Positions 1 to 8,725 of a DNA stretch of 35,174 bases are shown piece after piece (within the stretch, counting starts at the first letter, position 1; each line of letters begins with the position of its first letter). The position numbers and the translations under genes are program-made. A model generated the notes under the pieces. That model was not told where the DNA came from, did no database searches, and saw nothing but the letters and a program-made list of their open reading frames with translations. This DNA comes from Thermoleophilia bacterium (lineage in GTDB: Bacteria > Actinomycetota > Thermoleophilia > Gaiellales > Gaiellaceae), in contig JACVRM010000001.1 of the NCBI GenBank assembly GCA_014534415.1, positions 1-35,174 of the forward strand, given 5' to 3'.

Positions 1-1490
1 GCCGACTCGGCCAGCTCGAGGAAGTACGCAGCGTGCCTGTCACGCACGCGCTCGGCGTCGCCTGATTCCTCGAGGCGACCGCCCGCGTACTCGTGGATCG
101 TCTCGAGCATCCCGAAGCGGCCCGATTCCCAGCGCCGCACGAGGTTCTTCTCGAGCAGCGACTGGAGCGTGTCGAGCTCCGCGTCGCAGACCCGCTCCGC
201 GGCGGCGAGGTCGAACGAGCCGGCGAAGACGCTCAGACGACGGAACAGATCCTGCTCGGGAGGCGTGAGGAGATCGAAGCTCCACGCGATCGTGGCTCGG
301 AGCGTGCGCTGGCGCTCGGGTGCGTCGCGACGTCCAGCGGTCAACAGCGGCAGCGCCTGCTCGAGGCGGCCGAGGAGCTGAACCGGCGGCAGCAGCTTCG
401 TGCGCGCGGCGGCGAGCTCGACGGCGAGCGGGAGGCAGTCGAGCCGCCGGCAGATCTCCCGCACCACGTCCGCGGGCTCGGCAACTGCCGCGCGCTCACG
501 GAAGAGCGACACCGCGTCGTCGAGCGGCAGCGGCTCGACGGCGTACTCGCGCTCGCCTGCGATGCGCAAGGGCTCGCGACTCGTGGAGACTGCCTTCGCG
601 TTCGGCGTGGCGGCGAGCAGCTGCGCAATGTCGGCAGCGGCCTCCAGCACTTGCTCGAGGTTGTCCAGAACGAGCAGGACACGCCGGTCGGCGATGTGCT
701 CGGCGGCCGGCCCCTGCGCCTCGACGGCCTGCGCGATCGCCGGCAGCACGAGCTCCGGATCGCGGATGGTCTGGAGCGGCACCCAGTACACACCGTCAGG
801 GAAGTCGTCCTGCGCGTCGGCCGCGACTTGGAGCGCGAGCCGCGTCTTGCCCGACCCGCCCGGACCGGTGAGGGTGACGACCCGGTTCTCGGCCAGCAGC
901 GCCGCGACTTCGTCGAGCTCGCGTTCCCTTCCGACCAGCGGGCTCGGCTGCACCGGCAGCGTCGAGCGGTACAGCACCTTGAGCGGCGGGAAGTCTCCGT
1001 CTCCGAGCTGGTAGAGCCGAATCGGGGCGCCCAGATCCTTGAGCCGCTGCTCGCCCAGGTCGCGCAGGCCGTCGCCGCCGCTGAGCGCGCTCGCCGTCGT
1101 TTCCGAGACGAGCACCTGGCCGCCGTGCCCCGCGGCAGCGATGCGCGCGCCCCGGTGCACGTCCATCCCGACGTACCCGTCGCCGGTCACGAGCGGCGCG
1201 CCGGTGTGCAGGCCGATCCTGACCTGGATCGGCGTGCTCTGCAGCGTCGCCCGCACGCGCTCGGCCGCGGCGAGCGCCTCGTCGGCCGAGCCGAAGGCGA
1301 CGAAGAAGGCATCACCCTGCGTGTCGACCTCGACGCCGCCGTGGTGCGCGAACGCCTCACGCAGCAGGCGGCGGTGCTCGGCCAGCGCTCCTGCGTAGCG
1401 CTCGGCGCCCAGTTCCTCGAGGAGTCGCGTCGACCCCTCCACATCCGTGAACAGGAACGTCACGTTGCCGGTGGGCAGCTGACGAGTCAC
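1..1490 (-). CDS. Class III adenylate/guanylate cyclase domain fused to a P-loop STAND (NB-ARC/AAA-like) NTPase with helical repeats; partial, C-terminus runs off the window start
   Basis: Absent from the ORF track because there is no stop inside the window. The reverse strand from GTG at 1490 (in-frame TAG just upstream) reads VTRQLPTGNVTFLFTDVEGSTRLLEELG...DTQGDAFFVAFG...RIGLHTG, a cyclase homology domain. It continues with LTGPGGSGKTRLA (Walker A, 843-866), LVLDNLEQV (Walker B-like) and helical repeats to the edge. Confidence 0.85.
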   Translation of the reverse strand, partial: MTRQLPTGNVTFLFTDVEGSTRLLEELGAERYAGALAEHRRLLREAFAHHGGVEVDTQGDAFFVAFGSADEALAAAERVRATLQSTPIQVRIGLHTGAPLVTGDGYVGMDVHRGARIAAAGHGGQVLVSETTASALSGGDGLRDLGEQRLKDLGAPIRLYQLGDGDFPPLKVLYRSTLPVQPSPLVGRERELDEVAALLAENRVVTLTGPGGSGKTRLALQVAADAQDDFPDGVYWVPLQTIRDPELVLPAIAQAVEAQGPAAEHIADRRVLLVLDNLEQVLEAAADIAQLLAATPNAKAVSTSREPLRIAGEREYAVEPLPLDDAVSLFRERAAVAEPADVVREICRRLDCLPLAVELAAARTKLLPPVQLLGRLEQALPLLTAGRRDAPERQRTLRATIAWSFDLLTPPEQDLFRRLSVFAGSFDLAAAERVCDAELDTLQSLLEKNLVRRWESGRFGMLETIHEYAGGRLEESGDAERVRDRHAAYFLELAES

Positions 1491-1511
1491 GAGCCGTCCG
1501 CGCGGGCGCGA

Positions 1512-3176
1512 CTACTTCTTACAGACGGCGACGAGGTTGAGCATGCCGAATTGTGACGTGAAACAGCCGAGGCTCTCCGAGACGTAGAAGCGCGCGTTCT
1601 CGTTCACGAAGGGGGCGATCGGGGCGGCGTCGCGCATCGTGATCCGGTCGAGGTCCGCGTAGGCGGCGTACCGCTTGTCGCCCGTGAGCGACGAGGCTCG
1701 TGCGACGAGCCGGTCGAAGCGTGGACTCGAAAAGTACGCGAGGTTCGAGCTGTGCTTCTCCTGGATGCCGTCGCTCGCCAGCAGCGGACGGAGGAACGCG
1801 TTGGGATCCGCGTAGTCGGCTCCCCAGCCGATCAGCGCGATGTCGAAGGGCTCGCCGCGCGTCGTCATCTTGTCGACGGCGACAGGTGGAAGGAACGTGC
1901 GGATCTCGACGTCCAGGCCGATCTCGCGGACTTGCTGCTTGAACACCTCCGCCATTTCGGGGAACGCACCGATGGAAAACGCGTAGAGGATTGCCTTGCC
2001 TCCCCGCGCGCGGCCCTCGGCGAGGCGACGTGCACGCGCGAGGTCTCGACCTCGAATCGGGTAGATGTCCCAGTTGCGAAAGCCGGGCATCGGCGCGGGG
2101 AGGACCTGGTCGGTGCGGGCGCCGGCCAGGTAGCCGAACTGGCGCGCGAGCGCCGGGCGATCGAGGGCGAAGTTGATCGCTCGCTTCAGCGCCGTGTTCC
2201 CGTGACCGGAACCGCGCGGCCCGAAGAGTGGGCGGTCGTGGTTGAACGCGAAGAACCAGACGGTCATCGTCTTACGGACGAAGAAACGTTCGCGGTTGAT
2301 GCCGTACCTCTGCGCAACCTCTCCGTACGCGGGCGGCGGCACGCCGACCAGCCCGAGGTCCGTCTGGTTACGGTCGATACGGAGCTTCGTGGCCGGCGGC
2401 GCGACGCCGAAGGCGTACTCGATGCGATCGACGTTCGCCGGACGGGTCCTCGCAATCGGCCCGCGCCAGTAAGGGTTGCGATCGACGACCGCGAAGCGCC
2501 GGCTCTGCCATTCCCGCAGCACGTACGGGCCGCCGCCGCTGAACGGCGCGCCGATACCCTCAGGATCCCGACGCAGACCGCGCGGTCCCGGCTGGGCGCA
2601 GAAGAACGGCATCGTCAGGCGCGCCACCAGGTCCGGGACCGGCCGCTCGAGCGTCAGAAGCAGCTGGTTTCGGCGCACCTGGACGCCGCGGGCACGCTGC
2701 GCCTTGCCGTCGAGGACCGCTCTTGCCCCGGTGATCTCGCTCAGATACTGCGCGGCGGGTGACTGCATTCTCGGGTCGAGCGCACGGTGAATGGCGTTCG
2801 CGTAGCTCGTCGCCGTGACCGGGGTGCCGCTCGAGAAGCGCGCGTAGTTGCGTCGGACGGTGATCACGACGCGCTTGCCATTGCGCGAGACGCGCGGGAA
2901 CCCGTTCGCGGTCGCGGCCACCGGTCTCGTGCCGGCTCGCCCGTCGACGTCACGGTAGCTGTACAGGTTCGCGCACGCCGCCGCGAGCAGCTGCCACGAG
3001 AACAGATCGTAGGCAAGCGTCGGATCGACGGTGGGGAAGTCCACCGGGTGGTCCAGGCGGAGCGTGCCGCCGCGCCGCTCGGCTGCACTCGGTGCAGGGC
3101 CGGCGAAGACCGACGCGACGAGCAGCGCCGCGCCGGCGGCGCCTGCCAGTCCCGATCCCCACAGCCTCGTGCGCAT
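1512..3176 (-). CDS. ABC transporter substrate-binding protein, family 5 (peptide/nickel type, DppA/OppA-like)
   Basis: 554-aa ORF with an N-terminal signal peptide (MRTRLWGSGLAGAAGAALLVASVFAGPAPSAAE). Length and sequence pattern are typical of SBP_bac_5 (GGTLRL...DPTLAYD...). High GC3 frame. The stop lies 21 nt upstream of the cyclase GTG, so the two are probably co-transcribed. Confidence 0.88.
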   Translation of the reverse strand: MRTRLWGSGLAGAAGAALLVASVFAGPAPSAAERRGGTLRLDHPVDFPTVDPTLAYDLFSWQLLAAACANLYSYRDVDGRAGTRPVAATANGFPRVSRNGKRVVITVRRNYARFSSGTPVTATSYANAIHRALDPRMQSPAAQYLSEITGARAVLDGKAQRARGVQVRRNQLLLTLERPVPDLVARLTMPFFCAQPGPRGLRRDPEGIGAPFSGGGPYVLREWQSRRFAVVDRNPYWRGPIARTRPANVDRIEYAFGVAPPATKLRIDRNQTDLGLVGVPPPAYGEVAQRYGINRERFFVRKTMTVWFFAFNHDRPLFGPRGSGHGNTALKRAINFALDRPALARQFGYLAGARTDQVLPAPMPGFRNWDIYPIRGRDLARARRLAEGRARGGKAILYAFSIGAFPEMAEVFKQQVREIGLDVEIRTFLPPVAVDKMTTRGEPFDIALIGWGADYADPNAFLRPLLASDGIQEKHSSNLAYFSSPRFDRLVARASSLTGDKRYAAYADLDRITMRDAAPIAPFVNENARFYVSESLGCFTSQFGMLNLVAVCKK

Positions 3177-3298
3177 CGTCGCGACCCGCGCCCGAGTGTT
3201 TCACGAAAGAGCGGTGCCCCACAAGCAGGCGATTTCCGCTTCGAAGCCTCACTGCGCGCCGGCTTACACCCCGGCGGCGGCCGCCGGCGGCTCGCAGT

Positions 3299-3475
3299 TC
3301 AGTACGACGCGCGGCCGCGCGCCTTGCGGCGGTGCTTCAGGTACTTCGAGGTCTCGCCCAGCGCGATCACCGCGATGAACGTCAGGCCGACGAGCAGCAT
3401 GCCGATCAGGACCTTCTTGCCTTCCTCGGCCGCGTCGGCGAAGACCGGCAGCACGAGCGCGAGCGCCGTCGACAC
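3299..3475 (-). CDS. Small (58 aa) predicted membrane protein, hypothetical
   Basis: Below the ORF-track size cutoff. GTG at 3475 follows an in-frame TAG. Translation: VSTALALVLPVFADAAEEGKKVLIGMLLVGLTFIAVIALGETSKYLKHRRKARGRASY, with one clear TM helix, a basic tail and GC-rich third positions. No family recognised. Confidence 0.35.
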   Translation of the reverse strand: MSTALALVLPVFADAAEEGKKVLIGMLLVGLTFIAVIALGETSKYLKHRRKARGRASY

Positions 3476-3484
3476 GCCGTGAAT

Positions 3485-4006
3485 CTACCCCACCCTGCGC
3501 GCATGTGCGCCGAGCGCGCGCTCGACGGGCGCTGCGCCGGCAGCGTCCCGGGCAAGCTCGAGCAGCGGCGTGGCGTCGGCACGTACGCGCAGCGCGTCGC
3601 GGGCGTCGGCGAGCGCGCCGCGGCCGAGCAGCGCGGCCGTCGCGGCCCAGGCCGCGCCGTCGCCGGGGCGATTCTCCGCCCGCAGTTGAGCGCACAGCGA
3701 GATGAGCTCCCCGAGGTCGGCGACGGCCGCCGCGCTGGCGGACGCGGCGAGCCGCACGAGCCCGTGCGCGTACAGATAGTCGCCGAGCAAGAGGACGGTG
3801 TTGCGCTCCGTCGGAGCGAACAGCCGAGGCCGGCCGTAGTGGACGAGGTACCCCTCGTAGATCGTCTCGAGGCCAAGCGCGAGGCGCGGCGACGCGAGCG
3901 GCGAGAACACGGCCACGAGCTCGCGCTCGTGGCTAGGGAGAAGCGAGTCCGCCCAGAGTTGGCTCTCGGCGGCCGCCTCCTCCGCGATCGCCTGCCAGAT
4001 TCCCAC
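3485..4006 (-). CDS. Hypothetical protein (173 aa), translationally coupled to hemL; faint resemblance to the helical core of polyprenyl synthases but without DDxxD
   Basis: The track ORF 3485..4171 overlaps hemL by 166 nt with an R-rich junk N-terminus. GTG at 4006 overlaps the hemL TAG by 1 nt (TAGTG) and gives [18 protein letters not shown]...LGLETIYEGYLVHYGRPRLF...LLLGDYLYAHGLVRLA. Confidence 0.55.
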   Translation of the reverse strand: MGIWQAIAEEAAAESQLWADSLLPSHERELVAVFSPLASPRLALGLETIYEGYLVHYGRPRLFAPTERNTVLLLGDYLYAHGLVRLAASASAAAVADLGELISLCAQLRAENRPGDGAAWAATAALLGRGALADARDALRVRADATPLLELARDAAGAAPVERALGAHARRVG

Positions 4007-5283
4007 TAAGCGACAGCTTCGAAGAAGCTCGCCACGGCCTCCACCGTCCGGTCGACGGCCGCGTCGTCGTGCGCGAGCGAGACGAACAGCGCCTCGAACT
4101 GCGACGGGGCGACGTAGATGCCCGCGGCGAGCAGGTGGCGGAAGAGAGCGCCGTAGCGCTCGGTGTCGCACGCCGACGCCTCGGTGAAGTCGCGCACGCC
4201 CCCCGCTCGGAAGAACAGCGTCACCATCGCCCCCACACGCTGCACGGAGACCGGCCGGCCTGCGGCGGCGTCACGGAGCCCGCTCTCGAGCCGCGCGCCC
4301 GTTCGCTCGAGCTCGTCGTAGACCGCGCCGTCACGCAGGCGGTGGAGAACGGCAAGCCCGGCGGCGGTCGCGAGCGGGTTCCCCGACAGCGTGCCCGCCT
4401 GGTAGACGTCGCCGGCCGGCGCGAGCAGGCTCATCAAGTCCGTGCGGCCGCCGAACGCGGCGAGCGGCAGGCCGCCGCCGATGATCTTGCCGAGGATCGT
4501 CAGGTCGGGGAGCACGCCGTAGCGCTCCTGCGCGCCTCCGCGCGCGACGCGGAAACCGCTGATCACCTCGTCGAATACGAGCAGCGCTCCCGAGGCGTCG
4601 CAGAGCCGTCGCAGCCCCTCGAGGAAACCGGGTTCGGGCGGGACGACGCCCATGTTGCCGGCCACCGGCTCGACCAGGATGCAGGCGAGCCCCTCGCCAT
4701 AAGCCGCCACCGCCTCCGCGGTCATGTCGAGGTCGTTGAACGGAGACACGAGCGTGTCGGCGGCGACGGCCGTCGGCACGCCGGGGGTGGCCGGAATGCC
4801 GAGCGTCGCGATTCCCGAGCCGGCGTCGACGAGCAAGCCGTCAGCGTGGCCGTGGTAGCAGCCTGCGAACTTCAGCACGCGGTCGCGGCGGGTCGCGGCG
4901 CGCGCGAGCCGCACGGCGCTCATCGCCGCCTCCGTCCCCGAGGAGACGAGGCGCACCTGCTCGACGGACGGCACGGCAGCCACGATCTCGGCGGCCAGCT
5001 CGACCTCGCGCTCGGTCGGCGCGCCGAAGCTCGTGCCGTCCGCGGCCGCCGCGCGGACGGCGTCCACCGTCTCGCGATCGGCATGGCCGAAGAGCAGCGG
5101 CCCCCAGGACAGCACCCAGTCGAGGTAGTGGTTTCCCTCCGCGTCTTCGAGATACGCGCCCCGGCCGCGCCGCACGAAGAACGGCTCGTCCAGGCCGACG
5201 GCTCGCATCGCTCGCACGGGCGAGTTGACGCCGCCCGGGATGAGCGCGCGGGCGCGCCTGTACAGGTCGCTCGCGCTCCTCAG
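4006..5283 (-). CDS. hemL: Glutamate-1-semialdehyde 2,1-aminomutase
   Basis: Clear HemL sequence: [13 protein letters not shown]...[11 protein letters not shown]...[11 protein letters not shown]...[15 protein letters not shown]...[11 protein letters not shown]. The longest canonical-start ORF begins at GTG 5217 and would delete the conserved [12 protein letters not shown] segment. I extend the CDS to CTG 5283-5281, which overlaps the hemB TGA. The exact start is uncertain (alternative CTG at 5265). Confidence 0.9.
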   Translation of the reverse strand: MRSASDLYRRARALIPGGVNSPVRAMRAVGLDEPFFVRRGRGAYLEDAEGNHYLDWVLSWGPLLFGHADRETVDAVRAAAADGTSFGAPTEREVELAAEIVAAVPSVEQVRLVSSGTEAAMSAVRLARAATRRDRVLKFAGCYHGHADGLLVDAGSGIATLGIPATPGVPTAVAADTLVSPFNDLDMTAEAVAAYGEGLACILVEPVAGNMGVVPPEPGFLEGLRRLCDASGALLVFDEVISGFRVARGGAQERYGVLPDLTILGKIIGGGLPLAAFGGRTDLMSLLAPAGDVYQAGTLSGNPLATAAGLAVLHRLRDGAVYDELERTGARLESGLRDAAAGRPVSVQRVGAMVTLFFRAGGVRDFTEASACDTERYGALFRHLLAAGIYVAPSQFEALFVSLAHDDAAVDRTVEAVASFFEAVA

Positions 5284-6248
5284 AGCCAGGCCGCGAGATC
5301 CTTCGCCCAGTACGAGACGATCAGGTCGGCGCCGGCGCGCTTGATCGACGTGAGCGACTCGAGCGCCGCCTGCCGCTCGTCGAGCCAGCCGCGGGCGCCC
5401 GCCGCCTTGACCATCGCGTACTCGCCGGAGACGTTGTACGCGGCGACGGGTAGATCGAACCGCTCGCGCACGGCGCTGATCACGTCCAGATTGGGCAGCG
5501 CCGGCTTGATCATCAGCACGTCGGCGCCCTCCGCGACGTCGAGTTCACACTCGCGCAGCGCCTCGCGCGCGTTGCCGGGATCCATCTGGTAGCCGCGCCG
5601 GTCGCCGAACGCAGGCGCGGAGTCGGCCGCCTCGCGAAACGGCCCGTAGAAGGCGGAGGCGTACTTGGCGGCATAGGAGACGACGGCGATCTCGTCGTGG
5701 CCGGCGTCGTCGAGCGCAGTGCGTACGGCGCCAACCCGGCCGTCCATCATGTCGCTCGGGCAGACGGCGTCCGCGCCCGCGTCGGCGTGACTTAAGGCCG
5801 TCCGGGCGAGCAGCTCGAGCGTCTCGTCGTTCCGCACGCCCGGCTCGTCGGGCGCCACGACGCCGCAGTGGCCGTGGGACGTGTACTCGCACAGGCAGAC
5901 ATCGGTCAGGAGCACGAGCTCGGGTACGCGTTCGGCCAGCTCGCGCAGCGCCCGCTGGACGATGCCGTCGGGATCCCACGCACCGGACCCCTCGTCGTCC
6001 TTCTCCTCCGGCACGCCGAAGAGCAGGACCGCCCCGACGCCGGCGCTCGCCAGCTCGTCGGCCTCGCGCACGACCGTCTGGAGGGAGAAGCGGCTCATGC
6101 CCGGGAGCGCCTCGTTCAGCTGCGGCTCGGGGGCGACGAAGAGGGGCATCACGAAATCGCGCACGTCGAGCCGGGTCTCGCGCACGAGCTCGCGGAGCGC
6201 GCCGGTGCGCCGCAGCCGGCGCAACCGCGTGCGGGGAAACGTGGCCAC
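5280..6248 (-). CDS. hemB: Porphobilinogen synthase (delta-aminolevulinate dehydratase), Zn-type
   Basis: [27 protein letters not shown]..., Cys-rich metal site [14 protein letters not shown], and active-site Lys context [10 protein letters not shown]. The start is set at GTG 6248, which matches the family N-terminus FP..R.RRLR. The track's TTG 6287 adds a Cys/Arg-rich extension that lies inside a palindrome. Confidence 0.92.
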   Translation of the reverse strand: MATFPRTRLRRLRRTGALRELVRETRLDVRDFVMPLFVAPEPQLNEALPGMSRFSLQTVVREADELASAGVGAVLLFGVPEEKDDEGSGAWDPDGIVQRALRELAERVPELVLLTDVCLCEYTSHGHCGVVAPDEPGVRNDETLELLARTALSHADAGADAVCPSDMMDGRVGAVRTALDDAGHDEIAVVSYAAKYASAFYGPFREAADSAPAFGDRRGYQMDPGNAREALRECELDVAEGADVLMIKPALPNLDVISAVRERFDLPVAAYNVSGEYAMVKAAGARGWLDERQAALESLTSIKRAGADLIVSYWAKDLAAWL

Positions 6249-6283
6249 GCACAGATTGTCGCACCGCGCGCAGGGCCGGCGAC

Positions 6284-6306
6284 CCAAGTAACAGTCTGTT
6301 ACTTGG
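6284..6306. promoter_or_regulatory. Perfect 23-bp palindrome CCAAGTAACAG-T-CTGTTACTTGG (candidate operator or hairpin) between the ABC-2 permease stop and the hemB start
   Basis: Read directly: 11-bp arms with a 1-nt centre, markedly AT-richer than the surroundings. It abuts the permease stop codon (6307-6309) and lies 36 nt upstream of hemB GTG 6248. Confidence 0.45.
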
Positions 6307-7641
6307 CTAGACGAGCAGCCGGCGCGCCGCGGCGCGCGTCAGTCCGGCGAGTGCAGCGCCGATCGCGGCGAGCCACGCGCCTTCGACGGCGAGCTCGCGC
6401 CACGGGTGCGGCTCGTAGAGCGCGGCGCTGAAGAAGCGCACCGAGTGCTCGACCGGGAAGGCATCGCCCACCCAGCCCGCTGCGGGCAGCGCGTCGGAGG
6501 GAACCAGCGCGAGGAACGCGAGCGGTAGCGCGAGAGCGACGGCTACGAGGAGCGCCGTACGCGCTTCCCGGCCGACGGCGGCGACGAATGCGCCGAGTCC
6601 ACCCAGTGCGGCTCCGGCCAGCACCAGGCCGACCGCGACCACGGGGAGGCGGCTCCACGGCTGCCCGCCGCGAACGCCGCCGAGCTCCACGGCCACACCG
6701 AAGGCGAGGAAGACGAGGAGCCCCAGCGCGAGCGACACGAGCGCGGCGAGCGCGATCTTCGCGGCGACGAACTCGCCGAGACCGGCCAGCCCGCGGGCGA
6801 GCCGCCCGACCACGTTCTCGTCACGTTCGGCGGAGAGCGAACCCGCCGCGATGAGCACCGAAAGCAGTCCGACCGTGAGCGTGAGCGCGTACGCCTGCAC
6901 CTGCGCCGAGAAAGCCCACGTCCGTCCGCGGTCCGGCCGCCGGACGAGCTCGATCGGGTTCGCCGTCGCGCGCAGTGCGTCGTCCGTCTGCTCGAGCGCG
7001 AGCCGCGCCGTCCCGACGAAGTCGCGCACCTGCTCGACCTCCTGTGACGGAGGCGCGCGCCGCAGCAGCTCGGCGCTCCGCTCGAGCCCGAGCACCTCGA
7101 ACGGCCTCCCCAGGAACGACCCGCTGCCGCCGCGCAGCAGCAGGTCGACGTAGTCGAGATTCGCCTCGATGTACGCCCGCTGGAGGCGTCGGTTGAGCGT
7201 ATAGACGAGCGCCTGGACCTCGCGCACGACCCGGCCCGTGAACGGCCCGCTCCCGGTCTCGAGCTCGAGCGTCGGGCTCTCGACCATCCCGCGCAGGTCG
7301 TCGACGAAACCCTCGGGCACGCGGACGAGCGCGATGACGCGGCCGGTCTCGAGCTGCCGCCGGGCCTCGGCGTACGAGAGCCGTACGAGCCGGACCTCCT
7401 CGCCGGCTCGCCGAATCGCCCGCTCGACTCGGAAGTCCTGGGCTCCGACGCGCACGACGTCCGGCAGTCCGTCTTCGTCGACGAGCGCCACGCGCGGCTT
7501 CGTGCCCGCGTAGCCGGCCACGAGCGCGACGAGCACCGCGACGAGCAACGGGTAGCCGAGCGCCGCCCCGAGCAGAAGGGGCGACCGTCGCAGCACGATC
7601 AGGTCCTTGCGCAGTAGGAGCGCAACGCGCCGGACACTCAC
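6307..7641 (-). CDS. ABC-2 type transporter permease with large extracytoplasmic loop
   Basis: 444-aa ORF: an N-terminal TM ([25 protein letters not shown]), a ~200-aa soluble loop, then 5 C-terminal TM helices. This topology is typical of ABC2_membrane_3/YhgE-like permeases. Its GTG start overlaps the ATPase stop (GTGA, 7638-7641). Confidence 0.85.
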   Translation of the reverse strand: MSVRRVALLLRKDLIVLRRSPLLLGAALGYPLLVAVLVALVAGYAGTKPRVALVDEDGLPDVVRVGAQDFRVERAIRRAGEEVRLVRLSYAEARRQLETGRVIALVRVPEGFVDDLRGMVESPTLELETGSGPFTGRVVREVQALVYTLNRRLQRAYIEANLDYVDLLLRGGSGSFLGRPFEVLGLERSAELLRRAPPSQEVEQVRDFVGTARLALEQTDDALRATANPIELVRRPDRGRTWAFSAQVQAYALTLTVGLLSVLIAAGSLSAERDENVVGRLARGLAGLGEFVAAKIALAALVSLALGLLVFLAFGVAVELGGVRGGQPWSRLPVVAVGLVLAGAALGGLGAFVAAVGREARTALLVAVALALPLAFLALVPSDALPAAGWVGDAFPVEHSVRFFSAALYEPHPWRELAVEGAWLAAIGAALAGLTRAAARRLLV

Positions 7642-8291
7642 ACCCGAGCCGCCTCCACGCCGGGGAACTCCGGCGCCGCGCCGCTGAAGACGACGCGGCC
7701 TTCCTCGAGCGCGACGACGCGCTCCGCGAACCGCACCGGTTCCTCCGGGTTCTGCGTGGCGACCACGACCGCTTGACCGGCGTCGCGCAGCGAGAGCACG
7801 GTCGTCCAGAAGCGCGCGCGTGCTCGCTCGTCGAGGGACGCTGTCGGCTCGTCGGCGAGCAGCACGTCGGGATCGCCGAGCAGCGCGAGCGCGAGGTTGA
7901 GCCGCTGGCGCATGCCAAGCGAGAGCTCGGCGCTCGGTCGTCCGTCGTCCGGGAGCTCGAGCTTCGCGAGCAGACGCCTGGCCGCCTCCGGTGCGTTCGC
8001 GTCGCCGCCGAGCCGCGCGAAGAGCTCCACGTTCTCGCGCGCCGAGAGCCGCCCGTAATGACCCGGCCGCTGGGGAGCCCAGCCGACACGCAGGCCCGGC
8101 GCGCGCTCGACGCGTCCGCTGCTCGCCGGCAGCGCACCGGCCAGCAGGGCGAGGAGCGTCGATTTACCAGCGCCGTTCGGGCCGACGAGCGCCACGACTT
8201 GCCCGCGCGAGACTTCGACGTCGGTCGGGTGGAGTGCGACGCGGTCGCCGTAGCGGCGCGACACGGCGCGGGCGGCGAGCAAGGCCGTCAA
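7638..8291 (-). CDS. ABC transporter ATP-binding protein
   Basis: Walker A GPNGAGKST, Q-loop, signature LSLGMRQR, Walker B LLADEPT. The track ORF extends to 8666, but that N-terminal 125 aa is Arg/Gly junk. TTG 8291 (LTALLAARAVSRRYGDRVAL...) gives a normal 217-aa ATPase and overlaps the upstream ORF stop (TTGA). Confidence 0.85.
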   Translation of the reverse strand: MTALLAARAVSRRYGDRVALHPTDVEVSRGQVVALVGPNGAGKSTLLALLAGALPASSGRVERAPGLRVGWAPQRPGHYGRLSARENVELFARLGGDANAPEAARRLLAKLELPDDGRPSAELSLGMRQRLNLALALLGDPDVLLADEPTASLDERARARFWTTVLSLRDAGQAVVVATQNPEEPVRFAERVVALEEGRVVFSGAAPEFPGVEAARV

Positions 8292-8620
8292 CGGCGCACC
8301 GCGGCCGGCGGCTCGTCGGTCGGGCCGGCCACGACCCGCCGCGCGGCCGCGCCGGTCCGTCCGTTGACGTCCGTACCGTGGAGGTTCGCGCGCTCCGCCG
8401 CGACCGCCACGAAGAGGAGCACGGCGTGACGACCCGCACCCGCAACCGCCCCCGCCAGCAGCAGCGCCGAGTCGAGTCCGACGGGCTGGATCCAGCTCGG
8501 TACCCGGATCCGGGCGCTGCAGCTCACCACGTCGATCGTAGCGCCCGCGTCGCGGTGCTTCGCCCGCCCGCCTGGGACTGGACGTGGGAGCAGGACGGCG
8601 CTCTCGCGCTCGATCGTCAC
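8288..8620 (-). CDS. Hypothetical protein (110 aa) coupled to the ABC ATPase
   Basis: GTG-start ORF with roughly 88% G/C at third positions by my count. The other two frames here look like off-frame Arg-rich junk. Contains one hydrophobic stretch (ALLLAGAVAGAGRHAVLLFVAVAA). No family recognised. Confidence 0.35.
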   Translation of the reverse strand: MTIERESAVLLPRPVPGGRAKHRDAGATIDVVSCSARIRVPSWIQPVGLDSALLLAGAVAGAGRHAVLLFVAVAAERANLHGTDVNGRTGAAARRVVAGPTDEPPAAVRR

Positions 8621-8725
8621 GAAATCTGGAGCGAATCGGCTCTATCATCCCCGCCTCCGATGTCACGAACTCCGTCTCTTGCTCCGCGGTTGCGGCCCGT
8701 GCCAGGCTCCGATAGCGTCGCGGCC

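Noticed and set aside
93-1556. 487-aa plus-strand ORF, with several nested ORFs, covering the first 1.5 kb
   Set aside because: It is Arg/Glu-rich and low-complexity, and antisense to a minus-strand frame that encodes clear cyclase and Walker A motifs. This is a typical shadow ORF of a high-GC gene.
4069-5592. 507-aa plus-strand ORF opposite hemL/hemB. The same kind of ORF occurs at 12569-14050, 18941-20569, 22579-24288, 31260-32810 and 33176-34927.
   Set aside because: All are antisense to genes with unambiguous family motifs. All have R/A/G/D/E-dominated composition with no recognisable domains. These are high-GC shadow ORFs.
8504-8515. 12-bp palindrome CCCGGATCCGGG, and similar short GC palindromes (for example 16886-16897, 3274-3285)
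   Set aside because: Short GC-only palindromes are expected at this base composition. They lie inside coding sequence or lack terminator or operator context.
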